Below are positions 38,939 to 52,306 of a stretch of 64,000 nt of DNA, one piece after another. The stretch is from the NCBI GenBank assembly GCA_002189035.1, contig CM007991.1:372001-436000 (forward strand). Reading direction: 5' to 3'. The notes beneath the pieces are model-generated. The model searched no databases. It saw only the letters and a program-made list of their open reading frames with translations, and was not told where the DNA came from. Each line of letters starts with the position of its first letter. The first letter of the stretch is position 1. The DNA comes from Utricularia gibba. Lineage: Eukaryota; Plantae; Magnoliophyta. The translations under genes were made by a program, and so were the position numbers.

Positions 38939-40521
38939 TAACGATTTGAATCTCAACAACTTGGGGAAAAGCTTCGGACTTGTACACCAGTTAGAAAGCA
39001 CAAGCCTCGAAAAACACTTAGCCATGAAAAGAGAAACTACCCCCACATCAAAATGTGATTCCTGAAGATCTTGGCCAAAAGGGCTTTCCTGGATCCTCCA
39101 TTTCCAACTTCTGATGAGGAAATTTTATCAAAATTGTTTTCCCATTTAAAAACAGGATGAAACATTTGTTGTCAGAATCTGATTCGCTACAATGAAATCA
39201 AGAAAAAAAAAAAAAAGAAAAGACAGCTCCCATAATCACATGAACAAACCCCAAACTAATAATGAATTAATTATATTTTTGTTCTGGTGATCATTGCAAA
39301 ACAGTGGCGGAGATACCGTGGCTCATAGTCCCGGGTAAACGGAAGCTTTTAATCTTCCCCTGGCGCCTGCAGCTTGCCCCAGAAATAAACCCACGAATCC
39401 AATTTGGGCGCTCAAATCCAAACCATCCGCGTCAATCAAACTACGGAGAAAATAGCTTCAACGCCCATCATTGCAGGAGGAACTTGTTCAATATTCCGTA
39501 GAAAGGCAAAAAGAATACAGATTCCAGACTCCGCCTGTCTTCTTGCGACGCAGTAGCTCCTCGATCCCAGAATCTTTCAGGCAACCACCCGGAAAGTTGA
39601 TAGCGTTCTTTCCGGGTGCGGGCACACACAAGAAACACTTCCAAAATTTAAAAATGAGGACAACAAAAGGACGTTAGTTTTACACCTCTGGATGCTGGAA
39701 TTTCAACTTCCCTGTATTTTTGGAGGAAATTCAATAAAATCCCCCTATTTTAGTCATTAAAATTTCATATTTAATAAAACAGAAAATGCATTTATTCACA
39801 ATTAAATCATGTTTTTTTATTCTATTTATATCTAATAAATCAACACAACCGGCCAGCATAGTTTTGAATTGTTCCGGGTTACCTCAAAACTGTTGAAGTA
39901 AATGTTGAAAATAGATAATATTATATTTATATGAATTTATATTTAAAACAATCATAAAAATTGAATCTTTGAAATAAATAATAATATATAAAAATAATAT
40001 GAACTGTAATATTTATTATCATAATGAAACTTAAAAATTCAACGATGATGATGAGTGACTAAAATAAAAAATGATGTAAGATCTAAGTTGTATCATTAAT
40101 ATAACATTAATTATGATATTTATATATAAAAATCTATATAATTTTATAGGATTCTTTTTCAAAAAAGCGTAAAATTTAAAACTTTAAAAATTAAGTATCT
40201 AGAATAAATAATATTGATTATGATTAAGACAGATAGATGGATCTTTTTAATTTTATATAGTTCTTGTGTTTGAATATAATTTCTTGCAGTATTTTTTTGT
40301 AGGTTTTCGCTTCTTCCAATTTTGATCGGTTTCAATCGATCAAACTCAACCATGGTGAGAAATCGATAATTAAAAAACATGATATGAAGTCGGTTGGGGT
40401 ATAAATGGTATTTTACATTAGCAGGGGGGGACAGTTGCAAGCGTGGGTAACTGTAAATTGGACTCTGAATTGATGAGGCCCTGGATAGTTTATGCACAGT
40501 CAACCCGGGGGAGGCGAAGCG

Positions 40522-40529
40522 CACGTGGC
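40522..40529 (+). promoter_or_regulatory. G-box/ABRE (CACGTGGC) upstream of the BSD gene
   Basis: Perfect CACGTGGC about 160 bp upstream of the ATG. Confidence 0.4.
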
Positions 40530-40686
40530 ACTTCTCTTGCCGTCCATCGGTGGCACCGCTATCCATTTTAGACGGACGGGGCAACTCTCCGGCCGTTGGA
40601 TCGCATTGAATCTTGCCCCTCAGGGAATTTTTCTCCGATTTCTACTCTTTCCCGTATGAAAGAAATCTCACACCTTTGAAGCCTCC

Positions 40687-41931
40687 ATGAATTTCTTGAA
40701 ATCAGTCTTGTCGGAGCCCTCGTCCTCGTCTCCTCCTGCTTCTGAACCTCCGGATTCCGATCCTGAAGACCCCACTTCCTCATGGCCGTTTGGATCGAGT
40801 ATTTTCAAGTCTATAGCTTCAAAATCCGAATCTTTTCTTGGAAACTATTACCAAGATATCCAAGATTTCACCTCCGGTTTGAGGGACGAAACGTCGGTTA
40901 TTCGTGAAGCTGCTAGTCGGGCGTTGCGGGATCTTCCTGCCCGGTTGGACTCCGGCGCCGCCATCGCGCAGGAATCGCTTGAAGCGGTGGGTCAATCTAT
41001 TGATAACGTTGCGGAGTTTATCGGTAAGGAGTTGAATCTTGCAAGTGGTGATGGGTTTACAAGTCTTCTAGGTGATGGAAATTCGGGAAGCGGCAGTGAA
41101 ACCAAGTTGAATGTGATTGGTAGGCCGTACAGTAGGTTGGAGGCGGTGATTGGCGGATTGCAGGGCGATGCTGCTACGTACTGTGATGAAATTGATGGCA
41201 GTAGTTTTGGTGAATGGAAATTGGAGTTCAGAATTGAGGAGAAAAGCGAGGAGATTGGTAGGTTGCTGAAGGAAAATCGGGTGATTGGTGAGATTCATGA
41301 TGAAGTTGTTCCTGAGAAAGTTGATGATGAGACGTTCTGGTGCCGGTACTTTTACAGGGTGGAAATGGCTGTTAAAGCTGAAGAAGCGAGGGCATCAATA
41401 GTGAAACGTGCTATTTCTGGAGATGAAGATGAGGATTTCAGTTGGGATGTTGATGATGATACTGAAACCGATGGTGGTAACGGTGATAGCAATAATGAGG
41501 TGAAGGATGGGTTGAACATTGGCATCCAAGAGAAAGGAAAAAGAGTGCTGAGTTCTGAGGTTGTAAGTGGGGCATCGTCAGCAGAAAGGGATGAAAAAAT
41601 TGGGGGTGAATTGCAGATGAAGGGTGCTGTTTCGGCTGATGAGGAGAATGCAGGTGGCAAATTAGAAACATGTAGTGAGAAGGAAGGATCAGATGGAAAA
41701 CTTGGAAGCGATATTTCCATTATTTCGAGCCAAAGAACTTCCCACGCGGAAGATGACATGGGATGGGATGAGATTGAGCATATTCCTAGTGGTGATGAGA
41801 ACAAAGCAGAGAGCCAAAAGGATTCTAGTCTTAATGTGAATGATTTGAGAAAGAGGTTGAATTCTGCAGAGGAAGATGAGGAACTGACATGGGATATTGA
41901 GGGGGAGGAGGATGAACATCCTGTCAATTAG
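40687..41931 (+). CDS. BSD-domain protein, single exon, 414 aa
   Basis: MNFLKSVLSE, LQGDAATYCDE, EVVPEKVDDETFWCRYFYRV (BSD FW motif) and acidic repeats ending in DFSWD, DMGWDEI and ELTWDIE. Confidence 0.92.
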   Translation: MNFLKSVLSEPSSSSPPASEPPDSDPEDPTSSWPFGSSIFKSIASKSESFLGNYYQDIQDFTSGLRDETSVIREAASRALRDLPARLDSGAAIAQESLEAVGQSIDNVAEFIGKELNLASGDGFTSLLGDGNSGSGSETKLNVIGRPYSRLEAVIGGLQGDAATYCDEIDGSSFGEWKLEFRIEEKSEEIGRLLKENRVIGEIHDEVVPEKVDDETFWCRYFYRVEMAVKAEEARASIVKRAISGDEDEDFSWDVDDDTETDGGNGDSNNEVKDGLNIGIQEKGKRVLSSEVVSGASSAERDEKIGGELQMKGAVSADEENAGGKLETCSEKEGSDGKLGSDISIISSQRTSHAEDDMGWDEIEHIPSGDENKAESQKDSSLNVNDLRKRLNSAEEDEELTWDIEGEEDEHPVN

Positions 41932-43914
41932 ACTATCAAGTTGAAACATCATTGGCTCCCTCTTTGTACACAAACAAAGATTGTTTCTTAATCCTTTTTT
42001 TTTCTTTCAGATAACAGCAGTTATTCCTTATCAAATTGTTATTCTGTGCTGTACCGCAATTACGAACATGCAACTCTTTTACCTTCAATGCATAACCACT
42101 TCTAGTTGTTGCTCAAAGACATGCTATTTTTCTAGTTGTTAAGACTTCAGTTTATGGGGTTTCTTGTTGGTGATTCCATTCGAATAGTTATAGTCACATC
42201 TCCAATAATGTTATGCTGCTTGGGTTTCAGATCCGAAATCTTCTTGGAGCAGATTAAAGAGCATCGAGTGGGCCACTGTGATTTGTATTGTATAGGAGGC
42301 ACAAATTCCAGGGATGGGACGGTTGAGAAGCACTGGAACCTTGTTTTTTTGGCTCAAGAATAGAGAAAAGGTGTGGAGGGAGGATACAGAATACGGGGTA
42401 AGAGTGAAGCTCTTCATCCCATTCTTTGAGCCGTGTGAAAGCGAGTGCTGATTCTCAAAATCAGTTTTCTTTGGAAACACAACCACTGAGAGGCACAAGA
42501 AAGCTTGCACCAAGACCCCTCTAGGAACTAAGGCTCAGTTCATGGAGAAGGTATTTATTCTTCAAGAAGTCCACGGGCCGTATGATGGAGGGAAGGGTGC
42601 AAACGGACTCATTTGGCTGGGGATTCAATTGCTGCTAAGATGCTTGAAATTAGCTTCCATTTATGTCACATGACAGCTTCCAGATGTGAAGGAAGTAGTT
42701 TATCTTTCAACCTTGATCGCAAATATGAAGTCATTTCTGAAAAAAAAAGAGAAACAGAGAAATGAAAGCAAGAGGAAGGTCAACTTATGGTTGATTGCCG
42801 AAGTTGAGAGGTTGTAAGAAGATGTCAACCTTACAGTTGATCGAAGTTGACACGACAAGTAAAGTAAACTAAAAGTCAATGGGTTGGTTGTCGACCATCT
42901 GCATTCGAAACTTGACAAAGGGATGGCCACACGAAGACAACATGGGTTGGTTCACCTCCATGTAAGTCCAACCTGGATGGATGGATTCATGGGTCTCTTT
43001 TTTCCACACTCCGACGCGGTGTCCACACCAACCCCATCTTTCTGAGATTCTCTTGACTCTCCCAACACTGTAGCGAAGTTGAAACCTGCTTGTGGTTGAG
43101 GATGGGAGAAATATTTTTCGCATAACATGGAGCGCTCGTGTGACGGTGAAATGTGTGAAACCTGGGGTCTTTGAATTTTCGATCACTTGATAGGTATGCA
43201 TGTCAGGGGCATTGTTCAATTCAATCTCATCTTTTTTTGTTACAACCATTTGTTCTTTAGTTGTTGGGAAGTAAGAGCATCATCCATGGTGGCCCTCTGC
43301 GGAAGAAATGGAGCAGGTGAATGAATGCCCACTATTTAAAGAAAAGCGCGACCCAGCTGTGCTGCTGTCTGTCGCCATCTCTTACCAACCCCGATCCACA
43401 TTCCCGGCTCATTATAAGAATGCTCTTTCTCCCTTTTCTTTATTAGCAAGAACTACTAATATAGAGGTAGATCGTCGTCCGCACCTCATGCGCTGGTTCT
43501 TTTTTTTTTTTTAACAAGGTGGTGTAATATACCTACTTTCAACTACTGATCCAATCATAACGGCTGTTCCTTTCTCCACCGTGCACAAGTGGTATGGATT
43601 CACACCCAAGTTACCGCAAGTGGTGGTTGAAGGCGTCAATTTCAAGAATCGCTTCTCACCCAATATACATACATGTCATTTTATGAGGAGTCGCGTAATG
43701 ATTTTCCAAGGTAAGCTCTAGCAACCTTCATCACCAGATTTCCTTCTCAAAGCTGAAAGCTTTTTGTGTTTTTGATAGTGGAAGAGGGGACCCATCTCAC
43801 AGAATCCAACTTAATCTGCGGCTCCGAGGATTTCTGCAGAAACTGTGTGTTTTGGAATCAATTCTGTGTTAGTGAAGCTAGGCACTGGAAGGCGGTGATG
43901 AAACTTGGGCTGCA

Positions 43915-46900
43915 ATGGAGTTGTGCGGCAAGTTGTATGATGATTTGCTGAGCCAAACCAAAGTCGCAATTGAGAAGGGCAGCGACTCTTTGTGGGTCGC
44001 GGTGCAAGTTTCTTCATATTTGAGCTCTTATGGTGTAACTTTACCTAGTGTTGAATTGGCTTCGAGGTTGGTTTCCTACGTTTGTTGGGAAAACAATGTG
44101 TCGAGTTCTTGGAAGTTTTTAGAGAAGGCGATGGCTCTCAAGATTGTGCCTCCATTACTTGTTCTTGGCCTTCTCTCCAAAAGGTCCTTCCTTTTTAATC
44201 TTGCTCTCTTGTTGGTTTCTGCATTCATATGTTCATTCATGTGGCGTATATTCTTATTGTTGCTTTCTGATTTCAATCTTCGACATCCCCTGTTTCACTG
44301 ACAAATTTCCATTGGTTTGATGAATGCAACATATCTGGTGATCTACTACAGCAATTTCAGATCTCTTATTATTCTGAACTTCTTGACTGCTACCAGGGTG
44401 ATTCCTCATCGGCATTCTTGTCCAGCAGCATTTAGACTCTACATGGAACTCCTTAAACGACACGTGTTCTGTCTGAAAGAGAATATGAGTTTGCCAAACC
44501 ATCAAAAGTGAGTAACTGGAATATTGCTTTTTAAAAGTTGCCTTCTGAAACTTCGGTTAAAAACCAATTATTTGTGTGCAGTACCATGAAAAGTATAGAT
44601 GAAGTCCTTCACTTGTCTCAGATACTTGGCGCAGAACAAAACGAAGATTGGGTTCTCTTAGTTCTGTTTATCTTCACCATCACTTGGCAGTTAGTCGATG
44701 CAGCAGTTGATGATGAAGGATTGTTCCTGACAAACGAGCCCATCCACAAATGGTCAGTTAGAAATCAAGAAATGGAAGTAGATGATAATATGTATCGAGA
44801 AGAGATGGAGAGCTACAGATACAGAATGCAAAGGCACAATACCAGCATGGCCATTGAGCTGATAGGGCAGATTGCAGAGAATAAAGTGACTTCCAGGATT
44901 CTTTTCTTGGCCCGGGAAAACATGTTAGAACCTGTCTCCGCATTTTTCCTCGAATAAATTTTGTTTTTGCACACAATGCATGATCATACAAGGATGGATA
45001 TATTTCAGGGGTATCCACTGGCAAAGCTTTGTCCACAGAGTTGAGCTGCTTGTAGAAAATTCATCAGCTTTGAGAAAAGCAAAATCTGGATCAGTTGATA
45101 TGTTTATGAAGTTAATATCATCTCCGGAGAAGATGGAACCAAGTTTTTATCCAGCAATATCAAGATCAAGTCCCCTCATCAATTCTGCTGGTCTTTGTGT
45201 TGGTGTTAATCAGTCTGCTCTTTGGATTCCACTTGACATGCTGCTTGAAGATGCGATCGATGGTAGCCAAGTCAATGCAATGAGTGCAGTTGAAATCATC
45301 AAAAGTAAAATCAAAACTTCTTCTAGATGGCTTCATAAATTCCATTTTGAAGCTTAAGAGGGAAAGTCAGTTCCTCTCACTATTAAAGGTGGCTATGTTT
45401 TGCAGGTATGGTGAAGTCCCTTCGAGCGATTAATGACTCTTCTTGGCATGAGACATTTCTTGTGCTGTGGGTGGCTGCTCTTCGGCTTGTTCAGAGGGTT
45501 AGAAAATAACCTTGCAGCTTTATTTGCTAAGAAAAACAATGCTCCTTCTGTTCTTCATATACAACTCATGGTTTCCCTGTGCCTTGTCCATGATATGGTA
45601 TTCTTCAAGTTTTAACAGTCTGCACATTCATATCATGACTAGGAGAGGGATCACATTGAAGGGCCTGTGCCCTGCCTTGAAACCCGGCTCAGCCTACTCT
45701 TATCAATCATCCCGCTTGTAGTTGCTGATATAGTAGAGGAGGCCGAAAGTTGTTCACAAGATAAACATGGTACAGAAAGGAACAACGAGCATCGACATGA
45801 ACGAAATGAGCAGGTTTCTGAAAAGCATCGTGCAGCTCTGATATGCAGTCTCCAGAAATTACAAGACTATCAAAGCTTGCTCACCCCACCTATGCCGATA
45901 AAATCTGATGCTAATCAGGCAGCTGTGAAAGCAATGATGCTTGTATCCACAACGAATGTTGACACAGCTAACCTTGATGGCATTAGATCAATGGATATGC
46001 CAGTCAACTGTGGTAAGAACTTTTCCCTCAGCAAGATTTAGTAGAAATATATTCAAGCTTGGATCGTGTGCCTATAAAACCTGCTGACTGAGGTTTTTTC
46101 ATGGGTGACATTAAGAAAGCTGCTCATACTTGGTTACAGTTTATCAGCATAATCATCTTCCCAATTCATTGCAGCTGGAAGCCTACATCATTTAATCGTT
46201 GAGTCCTGCATAGCCAGGAATCTCCTGGACACATCTGCTTATCATTGGTCAGGCTACATAAACAGGCATATCAGCAAACTGCCGCATGACTTCCCAGCAC
46301 TGGTTCCTGGATGGTCAGCGTTTATGAAGGGAGAACCTCTTACGCCGGCTATGGTTGATGCTTTAGTCTCGACCCCAGCATGTAGGTATGGTGTTATCTA
46401 ACTCACGCTTGCAGAGAAATGGTTTTTTTTTTTTTTTTTCTCTCCGAAGGAGCTTTGCAAAGAAACTGAACTTTAGGTCATGGATTTAATGGAAGCTATG
46501 CAGAGATAGAGAGAGTGTTTCAGCTTGCTGTTGGGGGATCACTTGAAGAAAGAAAAGCTGCTGCAACTATTCTTTGTGGTGCTTCATTCATTCATGGATG
46601 GAATGTTCAGGTAGCACGAATGGACCAAAAAAAAAAAGTGATCTCCATGCCTGTACATTGGAGTTCTTCCAGATAGATGATATTAAGTTGCACATGCAGG
46701 AACACACTGCGTATTATATAACCAGGTTACTGTCACCACCAGTTCCAATGGAAGATACAGACAGTCACGGCCATTTGATAAGCTATGCGCCAACAATCAA
46801 TATTCTACTTGTTGGGATTGCTCCAGTGGATTCCGTGCAGATCTTCTCCTTACATGGCCTTGTAAGTTAGCCAAAGAAAGGGAAATAACATGATGATATG

Positions 46901-49329
46901 TGGAATCCTCCCCTGTATGCTTCTTTCATTCGCACAGCACCATTATCTAGATCTATGCTTATCTGGAGATCTTCAAATAAAATTGTTTGACAGGTCCCTG
47001 AGCTTGCCGCTTCACTTATGACTATATGCGAGGTCTTTGGTTCATCTTCGCCAGATATCTCCGGGGGTGTCAGTACAGGAGAAGAAATTTCTTCACATGC
47101 AGTGTTTTCAAATGCATTTGCTCTTCTGCTGAAGTTATGGAGATTCAACCATCCTCCATTGGAGTATGGATTTGGAGATTTACCTCCTGTAGGATCCCGA
47201 CTTACATTGGAATACCTCTTAATGGTACGTAATTCACACCTAGCAGCATCAGAGAACCAGCCAAGGAACCTAAGTAGAAGGAGACCTGCAATAGCTGCAA
47301 ATTCTTCACCCTCTAAACCAATATTCTTAGATTCTTTTCCCAAGCTGAAAGTTTGGTATAGGCAGCATTTAGCTTGTATCGCCTCCCCACTGACCGGACT
47401 TGTAAATGGAACTACTGTCCATCATACAGTCGATGCATTACTTGGCACCATGTTCACAAAAATTAGCAGAGGGAATCTTTCATCAAAAAGCTCTTCTTCC
47501 TTGGTGAGCGATAGCAGTCATCCAAGGCCAAATTTACCTGCTTGGGATATCCTTGAAGCCGTTCCTTTTGTGGCAGCAGCTGCTCTTACGGGATGTGCTC
47601 ATGGAAGATTGTCTCCTCGTGAACTCTGTACAGGTCCGAGCATGTGATAGGAGACATCTCTTGAACTTCATTATTCATGTAATGAAATGCTTTAAGTAGT
47701 CTCCTGCTGTGCAACAGGGCTAAAGGATTTGGCTGATTACCTTCCGGCTACTCTGGTCACTATTGTAAGTTACCTCTCAGCTGAAGTTACTCGTGGTGTG
47801 TGGAAGTCGGTTTTCATGAATGGAACAGATTGGCCAAGTCCAGCTGCGAACCTGTCAAATGTCGAGGAAAAAATCAAGAAAATTTTAGCTGCAACCGGAG
47901 TAGATGTTCCTAGCCTTGCAGCAGGTTCACCCCTTGTCATAATCAAGGCTTCTGGGAAAAGTGCAATTGACCTCGTTCTGTTTCAGCAATGCACCAAATT
48001 TTTTTCACAGATTTAATATGCATTTCTTAGTATAATCAGTACAAAAGCGAACAAGGGTGGAAGCTGTGACAGAGCAAGGTCAATGCCAAGTTTTTCCCAG
48101 AGAGTTATTGTATACATAAATCATTCTTGCCTCACGCAATCTTGTATTTCTCTCTGTAGGAGAAACTTCCCCTGCAGTTCTTCCACTTCCCTTAGCTGCA
48201 TTTGTGAGCCTCACAATAACCTACAAGCTTGACAAAGCTTCACAGCGGTTTCTTGATCTGGCTGGTCCAGCATTGGAGTCACTTGCTGCCGGCTGTCCAT
48301 GGCCGTGCATGCCGATAGTCGCATCTCTGTGGACCCAAAAAGCAAAACGTTGGGGTGACTATTTGATCTTTTCAGCTTCCCGAACAGTCTTCCTCCACAG
48401 TCAAGATACTGTTGTTCAGCTTCTAAGAAGCTGCTTCAACGTCACCCTTGGTTTGCACAACAGCTGCAGCATCAGAAGCAATGGTGGCATTGGAGCACTT
48501 CTTGGCCATGGATTTGGATCTCATTTCAAAGGTGGCATCTCTCCAATTGCACCGGGGGTCCTCTATTTACGAGTCTATCGGTCCATCACAGATATCATGT
48601 TCTTGAGAGACGCAGTACTTTCACTCCTCATACAGGCTGTGTATGACATAGCCACGAAAGCTGCCCCTGCTAATCAAAAGCCCCAAACTGGCTTGAAAAA
48701 TGGACATTTTTCTCTTGCTGAAGCTCTAACAAAGGTGAAACTGGCAGCTTCTCTTGGAGCTTCCATTCTGTCGTTAACTGGTGGACTCCAACTCCTGCAA
48801 CCGTTGCTGAAGGAAACTCTTCCTTCATGGTTCATATCTAATCACCAGTCACCAGGTAACTCGAACCTTCAACCTCCAAAGTCTATCCTGCAAAGTTCTT
48901 ACTCATCTCTAACCAGGTAACACAAGAGGGATGCTCCGGACACTCACAGGATATGCACTTGCTTCCCTAGTAGTACAATGCGGGGCTTTTGTATGGGGCA
49001 TCGATGACTCATCAACATCCGCAGCTTCGAAACGACGTCCGAAGATCATGGAAAGTCACTTGGATTTCATATCCAATGCCTTGAATGGGAAGATAACTCT
49101 AGGGTGCGATGACTCCATTTGGCATGCTTACTACTCTGGTTTGCTGAGCTTGATGCTAAAGCTGGCGCCTAGTTGGATACCTGAGTTGAACAGAGAGACA
49201 CTGACAAGTCTAAGCCAGGGACTGCGAAGATGCAAGGAAGAGGAGCTTGCTCTTGCCCTGCTACGAGTTGGTGGAATAGCCACTTTGGGATCTGCTGCTC
49301 AACTGATTGTAGAAACTACCGATTTCTGA
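43915..49329 (+). CDS. MED33: Mediator subunit 33 (MED33A/RFR1-like), about 13 exons
   Basis: WKFLEKAMALKIVPP, RLYMELLKRH, ALWIPLDMLLEDAIDG, WVAALRLVQRERD, IARNLLDTSAY, ATILCGAS, LWRFNHPPLE, WYRQHLACIA, WDILEAVPF, DYLPATLVTIVSYLSAEVTRGVWK, WPCMPIVASLWTQK, GISPIAPG. All junctions checked are in phase. Confidence 0.95.
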
Positions 49330-49442
49330 TTACATGGAAATTTACAAGGTGAAAATCATGTACATCACAACAAGCCGAGTACTACAAACTGATCAAACAA
49401 AGCCAAGTATCAAACCACAAGATATCCCCTGGATCCATGGCA

Positions 49443-51493
49443 TTAAAAGAATTCACGGTCAGGAAAAACGATAGGAGCAATGAGGGTCCAGATGTAGAGG
49501 GCGGCTGTCACCCACTCTGAACAGATTTTAACCCACACGGATGTCCAGCCAACATCAATGAGAACTGGATTCTCAGAGCTGCTCGTCCACCCCGAAAGAA
49601 GCATAGCCGAGTACATCGTTGCAAGTGCAAAGATAAGATGGAAGAATGAGTAAGAGTAACTCACTGCTTCTGCTTCTGTTCCTTTCTTCTCTTTCCCTGA
49701 TTCGACGTCATTTGCAAGTAGAGGTTTCGTGTCTCCTGTCATGTAGAAAACAAGCATTCTTGAAATTTACTACAGATAAATGGATCCCATTAAACAGAAC
49801 ACACAAACATAGCATAAAAAGAGGAAGGCATCCCATTGCAAAACTAGACAAACACGTCCGAAGAATCTTGTGGTAATGGTTGAACATTTGGATATACCTG
49901 CTCTAGGAGATGAAGGTGGAGATAGAAAACTGGTTGAAGATCCAGCCCGGAAGGCAGAATACAACACTGAACAAACAGTCGTGAGCAAGCCAATGACAAG
50001 TGTGGTGATGGTCAAAGCCTTTGATTTGTTGTGGAGGCCATTACAGACATAATCTCGTGGTTCGCTTGAGAGCCCGGTGTAGCACACATAAGCACAATAA
50101 ATTGAAATCACAGAAGCAGGCATAAGGCTTCCGTGAACCTGATGAAATCAGCATAAAAATGGGCTTCAAACAGAACAAGCGTGGAGGAAAAGTATGAAGT
50201 CTACCTGTGGGTGTAAGGCCACAACTGCAAAAATGAAACCAAGAATGATGGTTGTCACAAGGAAAAAGACATTCAGATCACAATTATGGCCAGCAGGATT
50301 GAACCAGATGAAAAGAAGCCCAGAGAAAGTGAATGCCCCAAGATAGCATGCCACTGTCACAACAAGCAAGGCAATATCCCTGTCGATTCAAATATAATCA
50401 CTGCGTGGAAGTGGACCCATGTGAAGAAATAATGCATGTGTCTGTTTCAACAACTTACCATTTTTGGTCATCTTTTTCGACCCATGACTCATTCCAGGAA
50501 TTCACTGCATCTAATAACAAGATCATTTGAACCAGCAAGAACAAACCAGCCCCAACCTTAGAGAGTACCCCTGCTTAGACAGCAAATTTTCTGTTATGGG
50601 ATTTAGGAAATTTGTAGACTCAGATAGCAGGATACTGGAACGCAATGCATATACCAAAACAACAAACAAAAAGAGCCATATCTAACCAAAAGATATGACA
50701 GTGTATCAAACCAATTTCATTGTTTCTATTTATTCCAAAATGGATAATACGCTTGTTGTACACCTGATACCTCTGTTAGTTTAAGTCTACAAAACCTTTT
50801 GAGGAGAAAATGGCCAACTAGTAAGAAACTAATCAAAGCACTAGGTATCTCATACACTAAGAGGAGCCAATGGAGCAAGTCTCACCGTATACGTTTATGA
50901 CAGCATTTGGGAGGAAAAACATGAGAATGATTAACAAAACCCAGATAAGAATCTTAAAGATCCATCCTCCATGATGCAAAGAATCACGTCTGTCATTTCG
51001 ATCTTTCACCCCGATCATAATGAGAGAAAGGATCCCAAAGAACAAGAAGTTCCCCATGGTAACCCGTAGAACAGATTGCATTTGAAACCATTCCTTTGGA
51101 AGGTCATTTGAAGTGTTTATCCCTGTTGATCAAATCCAGAACAAGGATTTTTATTTCAGTAATCAATCAATTTTCATTTTTAACTATCATCATAACAAAT
51201 TAAAAACCAACAGATAAAGCTGCAGGTAGACTAGAAGAAAGAACGCTATATCCAACAAAAAGTGAGAAAGGATCTCCAAAGAGACCAAAGAACGCTCAAA
51301 TCCTCAGTAACTTACAGGATATGTGCCGGAGAAGCGGTTCGCCGACTTCCCTAAAAATCCAAGCGACTATCAACGAAAGACCGAACAGGCCACAGTAAGC
51401 GATCCTAGCAGAGCGCCTAGTTATCCCTGATACCACCGACGAGCAGACCCCACACGTCAAAGACGCAAAACACGACCCCAAACAAGAAGCCAT
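49443..51493 (-). CDS. Serinc / TMS-TDE (serine incorporator) family membrane protein, 6 exons
   Basis: MASCLGSCFASLTCG, RSARIAYCGLF, HHGGWIFK, WFNPAGHNCDLN, YCAYVCYTGLSSEP, YSYSFFHLIFALATMY, WTSVWVKI, WTLIAPIVFPDREFF*. Confidence 0.95.
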
Positions 51494-52306
51494 CCCTTAC
51501 GCGAACTTCAAAATTATGAGTCCAACCTACAGTTCCTTCCTCAATCAACCCAATATTCTAACAGAAGAATATATATATCAGCGGGAAAACAAAATCGACA
51601 GTAGCATCTTCTGAATTCTATCATTACGGTTCAAACTCTCATCAAAACATAAGTATTCTCACCTGAACTGCTTCCAACTTTCTACGAAATGGGAATCCGA
51701 TCACCACCGGCAACACGATTGCGACGAAGGAAAATATGAAAAGCAACCCACGCCCCGAGCGGCGCCACGTGGATATCAAATCAAAAGCATGGTGCTTAAA
51801 CCCGGTTCAACCGGCCAACCGATTCATCAGGTTTCCTATTCTGTAACGAAAGCATGGTTCGCCCTAGAGGAAGACTACTCCGGCCGCTGCCCCTCCGTCG
51901 TCTCAACTCTCCACTCCACCCCTAAAAAACACAGACGCTCGGATTCGAGCGTGGACCCAGAACTTCAGCACCCATTAGTTCTAGACGTGGGGGTTGGATA
52001 TTTTGCAATTCATGTAAAGCATGTTTAAAGGTGACTAACATCACTAATTTACGTCAGTTAAAGATTCCCACCAAAACTGTAAGCACCCAAGATGGAGGGA
52101 GTACATGGGTCTGTGCTACAGTCTACGTCCATCTCTTCTACAGAAAAATGACTTCTTTAAAGTAAAATTCATCAGTCAGGAGTAGGGAATGGGAACCCGG
52201 AATTTGGGGAGACTTGTCTCCTTTTCGCTGGGGTAGTTGGGAAGTGAAGAATAAAGACAGATTGACATATTGAGTTGGGAGTCTCCAAAATCTCAGATCG
52301 GAAGAG

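Noticed and set aside
42869-43249. 126-aa minus-strand ORF between BSD and MED33
   Set aside because: No recognisable domain or convincing exon chain; treated as a chance ORF pending tBLASTn.
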